A DNA stretch of 64,000 bases from an uncultured Bacteroidia bacterium (GTDB taxonomy: Bacteria; Bacteroidota; Bacteroidia; J057; CALDDN01). Shown here piece by piece: positions 47,101 to 58,100 of this stretch. Location of the stretch: the NCBI GenBank assembly GCA_937936615.1, contig CALDDN010000038.1:7226-71225 (forward strand). Reading direction: 5' to 3'. Both the position numbers and the translations under genes were made by a program. Numbering within the stretch: position 1 is the first letter of the stretch; every line of letters begins with the position of its first letter. Under the pieces are notes generated by a model that was given only the letters and a program-made list of their open reading frames with translations, ran no database searches and was not told where the DNA came from.

Positions 47101-50100
47101 TGCCCTTTACAACGTTTGTAAACTTATTGCCAGGGGAATATTCTGTAACGGGTGTCGATATCCTGACTCAATGCACGGTTTCGAGTTCGATTGTTGTTGC
47201 CAACGAGGAAGTTATAGTTTTACCGACGGTTACACCACTCGAGGGGGCAAAGTGCTTCGGTGGTACGGCACGCGCAATTCTGACTGTGCAGGGCGGGCAA
47301 GGCCCCTTCACTGTTCGGATCAACGATGGCGAACCGATCACAGCACCGGCAACTCCCTTCGAGCTGGCTGCCGTACCAGGGGGGAGATCCGTGGTAACGG
47401 TTACGGACCGCCGGGGCTGTTCGGGTTCGACCGAAGTCGCGGTCGCACAGCCCCTGATGCCGCTTGCCTTTGAGCTGGATGTAACGCAGTTGGGATGCCC
47501 CCTGCCCGAAACGGGAACGATCGTAGTGAATGCGATGGGAGGTACGCCCACTTACCGCTATTCAATCAATGGCTCGGAGCTTCAGGCTGACAACAGATTT
47601 GCTGAACTGCAAGCCGGTACCTACGAAATACGTGTTGAGGATGCCAATGGCTGCGTAGCCGAACCAGTGACCCGCACCGTTACAATTGGTTCGGTTCCCC
47701 GCGTGCAGATCGTTGAGGTGATGCCTACTAACCCGACTTGTGCGGGCGGCAGCGATGGGCAGGTCATGGTACGGGTTGACGGTACGGGGCCGTTCCGTTA
47801 TATCATCGGCGGACGTCAGCCCGCTTCGAGTACGTCGAGTACTTTCACCTTTACTAATTTGACTCAGGGTAGTTACGATGTGGTGGTTGAAGACGGTGCT
47901 GGCTGCCGCACCCAGACGACGGTAACCTTGACCGATCCAGAGCCTTTCCGCATTACCAACGTCATAGGTACGCCGCCCACGAATTGCACTGTCGGTGATG
48001 GCCGAATCGTCATCCAAACTAGTGGTGGTGTCGGTACCGTCTGGTATTCGATTAACAACGGTCTGACATTCCAGACTTCCAATACCTTCGACCTGATCGA
48101 AGGCGATTTTTATCGCATTCAGGTTCGCGATCGCGACCGGGCAGTCAACGCCTGCATTGCTGAAACAACATTTGCACTCAATCACCGCAATTCGCCCCAA
48201 ATTCTGGGCGTGATTGCCGTTGACCCGCTGTGCTCCAACTCGACGAATGCCACCCAAAATCGCAATGGCCAGATTGTCATTAATGCTGTAGGCCCCGCAC
48301 CACAGCTGTTTTATTCGATCAATAACGGAGTGAATTACTTCCCCTCGAGTACAGGCTCGCGTACCTTCCTGAATCTTTCGGCAGGTACCTACAATGTGCG
48401 GGTCTCGACGGCTCAAGGCTGCGCCAGCTTTTATGGTCCGGTAACCTTGAATGCGCCTGCCCCCATTGCGGTTACTAATGTTACTCGAGTCAATCCCGTT
48501 TGTGGCAACAACCCGCAGCCTGGCAGTCTGACCATTACGGCACTTGGTGGTACGCCACCCCTGACCTACTCGATAGACAACGGCCAGACATTCAGCAGCA
48601 ACCCCGCGTTCGGTAACCTTTATCCCAACGGTACGACCGGTTACCGCGTGATTGTCAGCGATGCCAATGGTTGCCGCGTGCAGGGTGGTTTTTATCAACT
48701 GATCAATTCCTCGGGTCTCAATGTACTGACGACCAGTTCAATTCGACCCACTTGTGGTCAGACCGATGGCAGTATTACGCTTCAAGTGATTGGTGGCACG
48801 CCGCCTCGTTTCTATTCGGTCAATGGTGGCCCCGAGACGCAGAGCGTTGCCAGCGCATTTACTCTTACGGGTCTTTCGGATGCAGTGCACCGCGTGCGTG
48901 TACGCGACAGCCAGAACTGCATTGCCGAAGCTCTGGTTGATCTGAGTACCCTTCCCGTCGATATTGTAACGGTACGTCAGCCTGCCTGCGATGCCAGCAA
49001 CGGGCAGCTCGATGTCGTAATTAATGGCGGTACGGGGCCGTTCACTGTTCGAATCAATGGCTTGGTATTTGACCCGCCCGCCATCCCCTTCCCACCCGTT
49101 CCCCAAAATCCGGTTCAAGGGCCATTTGGCAATATTCCTCGCGATCCATCGGGGCGGACGATCGTTCCCATTACCAATCTGACAGCCGGAATCTACACGA
49201 TTGAAGTAGAAGACCAAGGAACTTCGAGTACCTGTCTGGTGAGACGAGAAGTAATTCTGCAAAGTCAGTCTGGTCTGCTGAGGTTCATTGCTCTGCAATC
49301 GACCAACCGCAGCTGCAATATCCTGACTGGTCAAGGTACCGGCGGAACCATAACGGCCCTGACCAACAATTTTGGTATCGATGAATTTTATATTGATGGC
49401 CCCGTATCGGGCATCGTGTTGCCTGATGCCAATGGTTCGCTCATTCTATCGAATCCACCGTACAACCTGCCTGCAGGTACGTACCGCATTTTTGCCAGCA
49501 GTTCTGCAAACTGTGTAGTTTATGGTGGCGAGGTTACCATCACCGAGCCGGAGCCGATTTTTATCACCAACGTTACGGTTGATCCGGTTACCTGTGGCAG
49601 CAATCCGACAGCTACGCTGCGTATAATTGCACAGGGCGGAACAAACCTTGAGTACACTCTTGATGCGTTGGGCAACAGCCCGTGGCAAAGCAGCCCCGTA
49701 TTTTCGGGCCTCAGCCCGGGTACTTCGTATCCTAACATTCGGGTGCGGGAAGTGGGTACGGGCACAACCTGCCAGTTCCAGTATCCCCTGACGGTGGATA
49801 TTCCCAATCCTTCGGGTATTACCTTCAACAACATCTCGGTAACGCCCTCGCGCTGTGCGAATCCGGTCTCGGGTACCATCACCATGCAGCTGAACGGCCC
49901 GGGCACTCCGCCTTTTACTTACACGCTCAATGGCCAGCCTGTCGCAACGGGAACCAGTCTGAACTACACTTTTACAGGCATTGCTCCAGCACCGGCAGGA
50001 ACCTACACGGTGGGAATCCGCGATGCCAACGGCTGCGTAACCTTCCGTACGGTGGCGCAGCAGATACAAGACCTGTTCCTCGATTTCAATACGACGGTAA

Positions 50101-51950
50101 CCCCAGCTAACGGATGCACCGATGGTGCCATTCAAATCAATCTGGTGCGACCAGGCGCAGCACCCTACCGCTATTCGGTTGACGGCGGGGCGACATTTGT
50201 AACAACGACCAATACTACCCAAACTTTCACGAACCTGAGTCCGGGCACTTTCACGGTGGTAGTCGAGCGGGGAAGTGGCCCCAGTCTGTGTCGGGTTGTG
50301 AAATCGGTGGTTGTATCGGGAAGCACCGATATCACGAATGTTCAGATCATACCCACCAATCCCACGTGTCAATCCGGAACGGACGGTTCGATTGTCATTC
50401 GGGCTAACTTCAACAACCCTCTGAGCAACACGGCTACATTTACGTTGAGTCGAATTTCTCCTCCGGGGCTGTTTGCGCAGTCTCAAGCGATATCACCGCC
50501 AACCGTCGTGCAGCGAGCTTTTACCAACCTCACGGCAGGCGATTACCAGGTAACGATTTCGGATGGAAACTGTACGATAAACGGTGGTTTGGTAACCCTT
50601 ACGACGCCGCTTCCGATCACGGTCAATGCCCCAACCATCAGCCAAATTCAATGCGGGGCCAATCCGAGTTTGGGCAGCATATCGGTTAACGTACCCAATC
50701 CCCAGCCCTCGTACGTTTATTCGATTGACGGCGGTGCCACTACCCAATCAAGCAGCCTCTTTACCAACGTAGGGCCTGGTACTTACAACATCTGGGTTCA
50801 AGATGTAAACTCAACCTGTGGCCCTTCGACCTGGCCGATTCCGATCACGCTTGCCTATCCCTCAGGTATTGATGTGGTATCGGTATCGACCACATCGAAT
50901 TCCTGTGCGGCTGCAGCCAATGCCAGCCTGACGGTTACGATTACGCAGCCGACAGCCGGTGCCTATCCGGTACAGTTTTTCTTAAACAGCAGCTTGGTTG
51001 CTACGGTCAGCAGCCCAACAACCGCCACGACCATCAACAACTTGGCTGCCGGCAGCTACCTGCTGCGAATCGTGGATAACTTTGGCTGCATCATCGAGCG
51101 TCAGGTTCTCATCTCAAGTGATCCAGAACTCACCCTGACGGCGATACCCGGCAATCCGACTTCATGCTCGCTTGCAGATGGTTCGATTGCTTTCACGGTA
51201 GATGGTGGAAATGATGCCAATCTCGGCGACCGCGAATACCGCCTTACCAGTAACGGAGTGCCCGGGCCTTGGCAGCCGGTCAACGCGGGCAGTCCCTCGG
51301 CCCCGCAGCAGACCTTGAACAGCCTCAGTGCCGGCATCTACATTCTTGATGTGCGTAATACGGGCCAAAGTTGTTCCGACCGGCGACTGCTTCTGCTGCA
51401 AGATCCCAGTGGTATCTCGATAACCAACGTCGTAACTCTGCCTGCATCCAATACGAATTGCGACGATGGTTCGATGCAGGTATTTATAGCTGGCAGTGCC
51501 CTCAATTTGCGTTACCAGTACAGCAGCGATGGTTTCAGCTGGTCTCCTCTTCAGACAAGCAATATCTTTTCCGGCGTTCGCACCGGCTCCTACTTTGTCC
51601 GCGTTCGCAGTGGCACCTCATCTCCGTATTGCTTTGTCTACGCTGGGCCTTTTACGGTAGATTGCTCGACCCCGCGCAGCCTTTCGGTTGCAGCAACCGC
51701 AGAATCAATCCGTGTCTATCCCAACCCGACCCGCGATCTGGTTTCGGTTGAGTTTGCCAGTGCTGTTTCCGAAGTCTTTGTCCTTGAAGTTGTCGATGTT
51801 CAGGGTCGGAGCCTGCTGCGTCAGACGGGAGCGGCTCGAATCGGTTCGAATGTAACGGAACTCGATCTGAGCAGCTACGTTGCTGGTCTCTATCTGATCC
51901 GGCTGCGAATTGGTCAGCACATCGAAACGATGCGCGTTGTCAAGAACTGA
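44175..51950 (+). CDS. giant T9SS-secreted surface protein, paralog 2
   Basis: Starting at ATG 44175 gives the signal peptide MIRNLLLLLLLLGAAAARTDA; the track start at 44040 lies inside the upstream terminator. Same architecture as paralog 1: WVENRGQ module, propeller repeats, SprB-type repeats, and the CTD IRVYPNPTRDLVSVEF...LIRLRIGQHIETMRVVKN. Confidence 0.9.
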   Translation: MIRNLLLLLLLLGAAAARTDAATPRWVENRGQILDTRGEVRPELSHSLDLGWAQVYLSSQGLHYVLRQPEGELGEHLLRVDVRLEGASPKARVVAADPGTEILRYFLGQFKHEVAARTYGRVTYENIYRGIDLVLYAHEVNGQPALKYDFVVHPGADASQIRLSYRGLRSGRLSREGNLQIETALGSWQEDAPISWYEADGMREPAASRYDWRNGQLRFVVEGSANGRRLVIDPVTRAFASNYGGGSADRILATAIDNAGTVTVTGYTNSVVFPTTPGVVQTVYGGQQDAFVARFSATGQRIWATYYGGSGQDQGLGIAVGPNGMAYVAGYTVSSNLPVQNAFQSTNAGSGDGFLASFNPDGTLNWATFWGGTQNDQLTAIAYSATSGDLYVAGRTFSNGLATLGPNAVAGNRDMLVGRFTTSGQRIWSTYLGGTLDDQATGIAVGPNESIYVAGLTTSTGLATTNAHQTANAGGNDAFLAKLTAQGQREWSTYYGGSGTDAANAIVALPAGGAVITGQSTSTNLNLLNPAQSNAGGLNDAFLAGFNASGSLIMATYLGGSGTDQAFGVGFANGKVYVAGATNSANFPLTNPAGPNFPLQTATAGFLDIFVAAYTPSTGARDWSLVYGGASDDVARSLGVNAAGRLAIGGYTNSNNVPRFNPIPNQPLAGLANDDAFLLYLDEPAASNPCPPLTVQAAGENLRCASLPEGRITVTAPSGANFRYSLQGSVNRPEQTSALFQNLAAGSYVVRVLNVANNCVYESTPVVLTAPLALPPVVVQQTNPRCASRNDGRLVVLSPAGPEIRYRLVIPPGPFQTNPTFEDLGAGFYQVEARDLSDCPTLSAVIELTAPAPLTLQARGNTIPCNSNAGLVEVTSVAGGVGQLTFELLGPENRPEQNNGLFTGLPAGDYTVVVRDVNGCSATANVEIRNQNAPQITLSSTPAVCGQANGSITVFATGNQGQMFYLIEGPTSPPALPFTTFVNLLPGEYSVTGVDILTQCTVSSSIVVANEEVIVLPTVTPLEGAKCFGGTARAILTVQGGQGPFTVRINDGEPITAPATPFELAAVPGGRSVVTVTDRRGCSGSTEVAVAQPLMPLAFELDVTQLGCPLPETGTIVVNAMGGTPTYRYSINGSELQADNRFAELQAGTYEIRVEDANGCVAEPVTRTVTIGSVPRVQIVEVMPTNPTCAGGSDGQVMVRVDGTGPFRYIIGGRQPASSTSSTFTFTNLTQGSYDVVVEDGAGCRTQTTVTLTDPEPFRITNVIGTPPTNCTVGDGRIVIQTSGGVGTVWYSINNGLTFQTSNTFDLIEGDFYRIQVRDRDRAVNACIAETTFALNHRNSPQILGVIAVDPLCSNSTNATQNRNGQIVINAVGPAPQLFYSINNGVNYFPSSTGSRTFLNLSAGTYNVRVSTAQGCASFYGPVTLNAPAPIAVTNVTRVNPVCGNNPQPGSLTITALGGTPPLTYSIDNGQTFSSNPAFGNLYPNGTTGYRVIVSDANGCRVQGGFYQLINSSGLNVLTTSSIRPTCGQTDGSITLQVIGGTPPRFYSVNGGPETQSVASAFTLTGLSDAVHRVRVRDSQNCIAEALVDLSTLPVDIVTVRQPACDASNGQLDVVINGGTGPFTVRINGLVFDPPAIPFPPVPQNPVQGPFGNIPRDPSGRTIVPITNLTAGIYTIEVEDQGTSSTCLVRREVILQSQSGLLRFIALQSTNRSCNILTGQGTGGTITALTNNFGIDEFYIDGPVSGIVLPDANGSLILSNPPYNLPAGTYRIFASSSANCVVYGGEVTITEPEPIFITNVTVDPVTCGSNPTATLRIIAQGGTNLEYTLDALGNSPWQSSPVFSGLSPGTSYPNIRVREVGTGTTCQFQYPLTVDIPNPSGITFNNISVTPSRCANPVSGTITMQLNGPGTPPFTYTLNGQPVATGTSLNYTFTGIAPAPAGTYTVGIRDANGCVTFRTVAQQIQDLFLDFNTTVTPANGCTDGAIQINLVRPGAAPYRYSVDGGATFVTTTNTTQTFTNLSPGTFTVVVERGSGPSLCRVVKSVVVSGSTDITNVQIIPTNPTCQSGTDGSIVIRANFNNPLSNTATFTLSRISPPGLFAQSQAISPPTVVQRAFTNLTAGDYQVTISDGNCTINGGLVTLTTPLPITVNAPTISQIQCGANPSLGSISVNVPNPQPSYVYSIDGGATTQSSSLFTNVGPGTYNIWVQDVNSTCGPSTWPIPITLAYPSGIDVVSVSTTSNSCAAAANASLTVTITQPTAGAYPVQFFLNSSLVATVSSPTTATTINNLAAGSYLLRIVDNFGCIIERQVLISSDPELTLTAIPGNPTSCSLADGSIAFTVDGGNDANLGDREYRLTSNGVPGPWQPVNAGSPSAPQQTLNSLSAGIYILDVRNTGQSCSDRRLLLLQDPSGISITNVVTLPASNTNCDDGSMQVFIAGSALNLRYQYSSDGFSWSPLQTSNIFSGVRTGSYFVRVRSGTSSPYCFVYAGPFTVDCSTPRSLSVAATAESIRVYPNPTRDLVSVEFASAVSEVFVLEVVDVQGRSLLRQTGAARIGSNVTELDLSSYVAGLYLIRLRIGQHIETMRVVKN

Positions 51951-51971
51951 TATAGCCGACAGTGTATGCTG

Positions 51972-52007
51972 AAAAAAGGGGGAATCCGCAGGGTTCCCCC
52001 TTTTTTG
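51972..52007 (+). terminator. intrinsic terminator
   Basis: gggggaa (51978-51984) pairs with ttccccc (51994-52000). It is preceded by an A run and followed by tttttt. Confidence 0.85.
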
Positions 52008-52070
52008 TGGAAAAATACCACGCTCGGGCTTTCTGGTCGATTGGCACTGCATTAAGCCGTGCCAATTCCT

Positions 52071-52078
52071 TAAATTTG
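52071..52078 (+). promoter_or_regulatory. -7 box candidate (TAAATTTG) for the third giant gene
   Basis: Matches TAnnTTTG and lies 41 nt upstream of ATG 52119. Confidence 0.3.
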
Positions 52079-52118
52079 CGAATTAAGCTATTAATGTCTG
52101 AGCTAATCTGACCGAAAT

Positions 52119-55100
52119 ATGCAGTTTCTATCTTTACGATTTTGGGTACTTGGACTGGTGCTGGCCACCACTTGGTGCTCGGTGCTTTACGCCACACCCC
52201 AGCCGCGTCCTTATTTTGTTGAAAACCGCGGTCAGCTTCGCGACAGCGAAGGGCAGTTACGGCCCGACCTGCGTTACGTGGTACAGACTCCGGATGGGGC
52301 GGTTTTCCTGCGTTCTACAGGCCTGAGCTACGTCTTCGCTCGGACGGAGCATCACTCGGATCGTGAGCGACTGCGCAGCCTTCGAGCAGATGTCGAATGG
52401 ATTGGTGCCAATCCGGCTCCCGTCATCCGCACCGAAGGTAAGCCCGGAGCCGTTATTCGTTACTTCCTGGCCGATCAGACCATCGAAACGCGGGGCGTCG
52501 AACGGGTCATTTACGAGAACCTGTACCCGAACATCGACCTGGTTTATTACACGTCAGATAAAGGCCTGAAATACGACTTTGTCGTCCGCCCCGGCGGGAA
52601 TCCAGCTCAAATCCGCCTTCAGTACAAGGGTTTTGGCCAGGTAAAGCTCGGTCGGGATGGTCGCCTGCTTTCGGAGACCCAATTGGGCCGGTTGGAAGAA
52701 GAGGCTCCCGTCAGTTTCATTCAATCCAACGGCCAGCAACAGCTGGTGGCCAGTCGATACGAGCTGCGAAATGGAACCCTAAGCTTTCAGCTGGGCAGCT
52801 ACGATGCCAGTCAGACGCTGGTTATCGACCCCCTGACTCGCCTTTGGGCCACCAACTATGGTGGATCGGCCTTCGACCGCATCCAAGCGGTAACTTTTGA
52901 CAACAACCAACGGATTAATGTGACAGGTACGACTACCGCTGTTAATTTTCCTGTCAGCGTTGGAGCAGTACAGAATTCTTTTGCCGGCCAGCAGGATGCT
53001 TTCGTTGCTCAATTCAATCCTAATGGAAGCTTAAATTGGGCGACCTACTACGGTGGAAGTGGAACAGACCAAGGTTGGGGAATCGCCTTTGCCAATGGCT
53101 TGCTGACCGTTGTCGGCTATACAACCAGCACCAACTTCCCCGTATCCAATGCCTTGATCCGCACCACGCCGGGCGGCAGCGGCGACGGCTTCATCCTTCA
53201 ATTCAACAGCAACGGTACCCGCAACTGGGCCACCTATTTTGGAGGTGCTGGTAACGATTACCTGGCAGGAATCGCTGCATCGCCCAACGGTGAGGCGGTG
53301 ATTGTTGGCCGTACCTTCAGCAGCGGGCTGGCTACCTCGGGAGCCGATCAAACTACGATCGGTGGCAACCGTGATGCAGTGTTGCTTCGTATCACTCCTT
53401 CGGGCGGTCTGATCTGGTGTACCTACTTTGGAGGAGGATCGGATGACCAAGGCACCGCCGTAACGCTGGCCCCTAATGGTGATATTCTGGCAACTGGTCT
53501 GACGAGCAGCAGCAACCTGCCAGTAACAGCTGGCGTAGTGCAGACAGCCCGTCCGGGTGGGGCCGATTCGTGGGTAGCCCGCTACTCGGCGGCAGGCAGC
53601 CGCCTTTGGAGTACCTACTTAGGCGGTTCGGGCAGCGATGCCGCGCAGGCTATTACTAGCGACGACGCAGGTAACGCTTATATAACCGGCTTTACTGGCA
53701 GTACGAACTTCCCGACGCAAAATGCGATTCAAGCCGTGAATGGTGGGCTTAACGACGCTTTTGTAACCGGTCTGTCGCCTACAGGTCAGGCCTATCTCTT
53801 TTCGACCTACCTTGGAGGAAACGGAACCGACCAAGCGTTTGGAATCGCTCGATTCCAGAACAGCCTTTACATTGCTGGGGCCTCGAATAGCACCAATTTT
53901 CAGCTGGTTAACCCTAATGCAGTAAACCTGCCTTTTCAAGCAGGAAACAACGGCTTTTTAGATATATTCCTGACTAAAATAAACTTGAATAACAATAGTC
54001 GGACATGGTCGATACTTTATGGTGGAGCCCAAGACGACGCTGCCCGAACATTGGCAGCTGAGGCTACCGGACGCATTGCCCTCGGAGGCTACACCAATTC
54101 TCCTAATGTGCCCTTGTTCAATCCACTGCCGACGCAGCCATCGCCCGGCCTAGCCAATGACGATGCGTTGCTGATCCTTTTGGAGGACGCTCCTGATATT
54201 ACCTGTACCCCGGTTGATATTCGCACCTTCCGTGTTGACCCTACCTGCTTCGGCGATACCGATGGCGAAATCGCCGTGCTCGAGCCGGTCGGCCCCCAAT
54301 ATCGCTACGCGCTTCAAGGTCCGGTCAATCGTCCGGAACAGGCCGATCAAAGGTTTGACAACCTGCCGGGCGGCACCTATACGGTGCGAGTAATCAATAC
54401 GTCAGTAGCCAACTGCTTCTTTACCCTGCCTAATCAGGTACTGGTCAATCCGGAAGTTATTCAGCCGGTGGCCACGGCTACGCCCTTTGACTGCGGTCAG
54501 GCCAATGGCAGCATCAGTGTTGTGGCTACCGGAGGCACTCCCCCTTATCGCTACACCTTAGTGTCTCCAAGTGGTACAGTACTGGTCGATCAAAGCCTGG
54601 TACCCAGCTTTCTCAATCTTTCCGTGGCCGGCATCTACACGGTTCAGGTTTCGGATAGCCGGAACTGCTCTTCCAGTACAACGGCCGACTTGCGTCAGAA
54701 TATCCCCTTTATTGTTACGGCAGTCGGTTCTCCAACTACTTGCGGATTGGAAAACGGTGTGGTTCTGGTTACGACTCCGATCCCTGGGGCTACCTATGAG
54801 CTGCTCGATGCAGCGAGCCTGCAACTCATTCGGGGACCACAGCCTAATGTTCGGTTCGATGGCGTTCCGGCCAAGACGTACTTTGTTCGGGTTACCGATC
54901 CCTTGGGCTGTTCGGCTTTTACCGATCCGCTCTTGATCGGCAGTTCGTCCAATACCCTGCGAATCGGTTCGGTTACATTTGGAACGGTGTCCTGCAACGG
55001 TGGTACGACCAGTGTTGTGGTTCAGGTTCAAGGCGGCACGGCTCCGTTTTCCTACACCCTGCTGGCAGGTGCTGTGCCGATCAATGGCATAAGTCCTGTT

Positions 55101-58100
55101 CCATTTTTCACTATCAATAACGTTCCGGCTGGCAATGTTACGCTGACGGTAACGGATCAGGATGGCTGTTCAGCCCCGAATCCGTTTAGCGGAACGATCA
55201 ATCAGCCCAGTCCGGTAGTTGGCTTGAATCCCGTTTTCCAGCAAAGCAATTGTGCAACGGGCCAGCAGGCCGAGGCGCGTATCCAACCTAGCGGTGGCAC
55301 GCCTCCTTACGTTGTGTCGCTTAACGGCGGTCCGTTCACCAGCCAGACGATCTATCGCATCGCAGACGGACTGCAGGTGGGTTTAAACACGCTTCGTATA
55401 CGCGACGCCAACGGCTGCCTGTCGCCTGAGTATTCAGGTACGATCAACCCGAGTAACGAGGTTGTCATTCAGCAAACCATCAGCAATCCTACGCTGTGTA
55501 CAGGTCAAACCAACGGCTCGATCGATGTACTGATTTCAGGTGGCCAGGCTCCTTACACCTACTTCCTCAACGGCGTTCAGCAAGGCCCTGCAGGACCTGA
55601 ACTGAACCGGACGTTCAGCGACCTGGCCCCAGGCACCTATACCGTGCTCATCCTCGATGGGAATGGCTGCTTTGGTGGCCCGCGTGATGTGGTGGTCAAT
55701 GATGCCCCCGAACTGCGCATTACCAGCGTTACGGGCCGTGCACCGACGTTCTGTGGTGGTCTTGATGGATCGCTCACCATCAACGCAGTCGGAGGTACGG
55801 GTGAGCTTAACTACCAGATTCGGGAATCAAACTTTGAAAGTCCTTTCCAAAATGATCCCGAGTTCCTGGCTCTGCCAACCAACTTTTATACTGTCGTAGT
55901 AGTCGATGCAAACGAATGTCGTGCCGAGACGACTTACGCGCTCAATGATAATGGTGCGCCGGAGATTCTGAACGTTTCGTTCACCAATCCGCTTTGTTCC
56001 AACGATCCCAACCTCAATGCGACGGGCCAGATTATCATCAGTACAACGCTACCTGTCAACCCTGTATACTATTCGATAAATAATCTGGTTGGCCCGTTCG
56101 TGTCCAGTTCTACTGGAAGCTACACTTTCCCTAACCTGACAGCGGGCACCTATCCGGTCGTTGTTTCGACTTCGGATGATCTACTGGGCTGTCGTGCTTT
56201 TTACGGGCCGGTACGCCTCACGCCACCCCCTCCCATTACAGTCCGTTTGGAAAGCATCCGTCAGCCGATTTGTGGGGCCAATCCACAGCCCGGCTCGATA
56301 ACTCTTTCGGCTACTGGAGGTTCAGGCGACCTGTTCTATGGGATCCGTAATGAGGGTTTTTCCAGCAGTCCTACGCTGACAGGCCTTTATCCGCGCCCGG
56401 GCGGCATAGCCGTCCAAGTGCGTGACCAGAACGGCTGTACCGTCAACGGTGGCGACATCTTCCTCTTCAATCCGTCGGGTTTAACCATGCCTGCACCCAT
56501 TGTTACAGGCCCAGCTTGTGGTGGCAGCATGGGGCGTATACGCGTTACACCGACCAGCGGTACCTTGCCCCGCCAGTATTTCCTCAACGGCGAGCTTAAG
56601 GCCACGAACAGCAACGCTTTCTATGAGTATACCGGTCTGACGGGGGGTATTTATGACGTGGAGGTACGGGATGCGACGGGTTGCCGTGTGCAGACCCGTG
56701 TAGTCATGCCCGATGTAGCAGCCGTTACCATCAGTACCAACCCGCCGAGTTGTGGTCAGGCAGATGGTTCGATTGTTCTCGAGATGAGCGGAACCGGTCC
56801 TTATCGCTATAGTTTTACAGGCCGTGCCTACACGGCAAATATTCTCAATGGGCCGCAGCTGGTTTCTGGCGGGCCGGTTACTGGTCAGACGTCTCCTATT
56901 ACGATTCCTAACTTGCGCCCTGGAGTTTACGATATTGAAATCCGCGACGAAAGCGACCCTGCAGCCTGTATTCTGACCCGAACTGTGCGCCTCTTCAATA
57001 CGGGCGGTCCTTCGGTTGTAGCTCTGTTCTCGCAGGATCGTACCTGTAACATCGTCAATGGCCCAGGCCAAGGGGGCTCGATTACAGTCTTCACCAACGG
57101 AGAGGTGCAGCAGATAGCTGTTGCCAGTCCGACCGTGGCATCGATTCGTCAGGTAGCCATCGGTCCGGCTACCACCTTCACAACCGTCGTCGACCAATCG
57201 GGTGATCCGCTGCCTGCTGGCGACTATAATATTTACGTTGTCGGCCAGAATAATTGCATAACTGATGGCGGTCTGCGCACCATTACCGAACCGCCGATCA
57301 TTCGAATCACAGCGGTTGATGTCAGGCAGCCTACCTGTGAAGCAGGCGGCACCAACGGACGCATTACAGTTGTAGCCGAAGGTGGACGCACTTTGGAGTA
57401 CACGATTGATAACGGCGCGACCTGGCAGTCCAGCAACGTATTCGACAACCTGAATTCGAGCGCAAACGTTATTCGGGTTCGGGTACGTGAGGCCGGAGAC
57501 TCCAACTGTTTCTTCGAGTGGCCCTTCCCCATTACCCTGACTACACAATCGGGCTTGCGGATTACAGGAAGCCCGACCGTTACCCAGCCACGATGCAACG
57601 GCGAGTCAAACGGCAGCATTGCTGTCAATATTGCTGGTGGCGTTGGGCCTTTCCGCTACCTGCTCAATGGGGAACCTTTTGCCACGACTTCGGCTTCCAG
57701 CTTTACCTACACCGGCCTGCGGTCGGGCAACTACCTGGTACGGGTAATCGATTCGCGTAACTGCGGCGACGAACGCTCGATTTTCATCGACCAGCCGGCT
57801 CCCATTGTGCCGGCTGTCAATACGGTGATCCGTCCGACGGCTTGCCGCGGCGGGGAAATTACAACCTTGACCGCAACCGGTGGGGATGGTGGCCCTTACT
57901 TCTTCAGCCTCTTCGACACGCCTATTGTACCTTACAACCCACCACCATTTACCGATCTGTCGATCGGCACGTACCGCATCTACGCAACCGACAACCGAGG
58001 CTGCCGAGGTTCCACCCTCTACAACTTAACCGGAACCGGCGTTCCGCGCCTGGCCATCAACAGCTTCAGTGGCCGCAATGTAACTTGCTTCGGAGCCGAC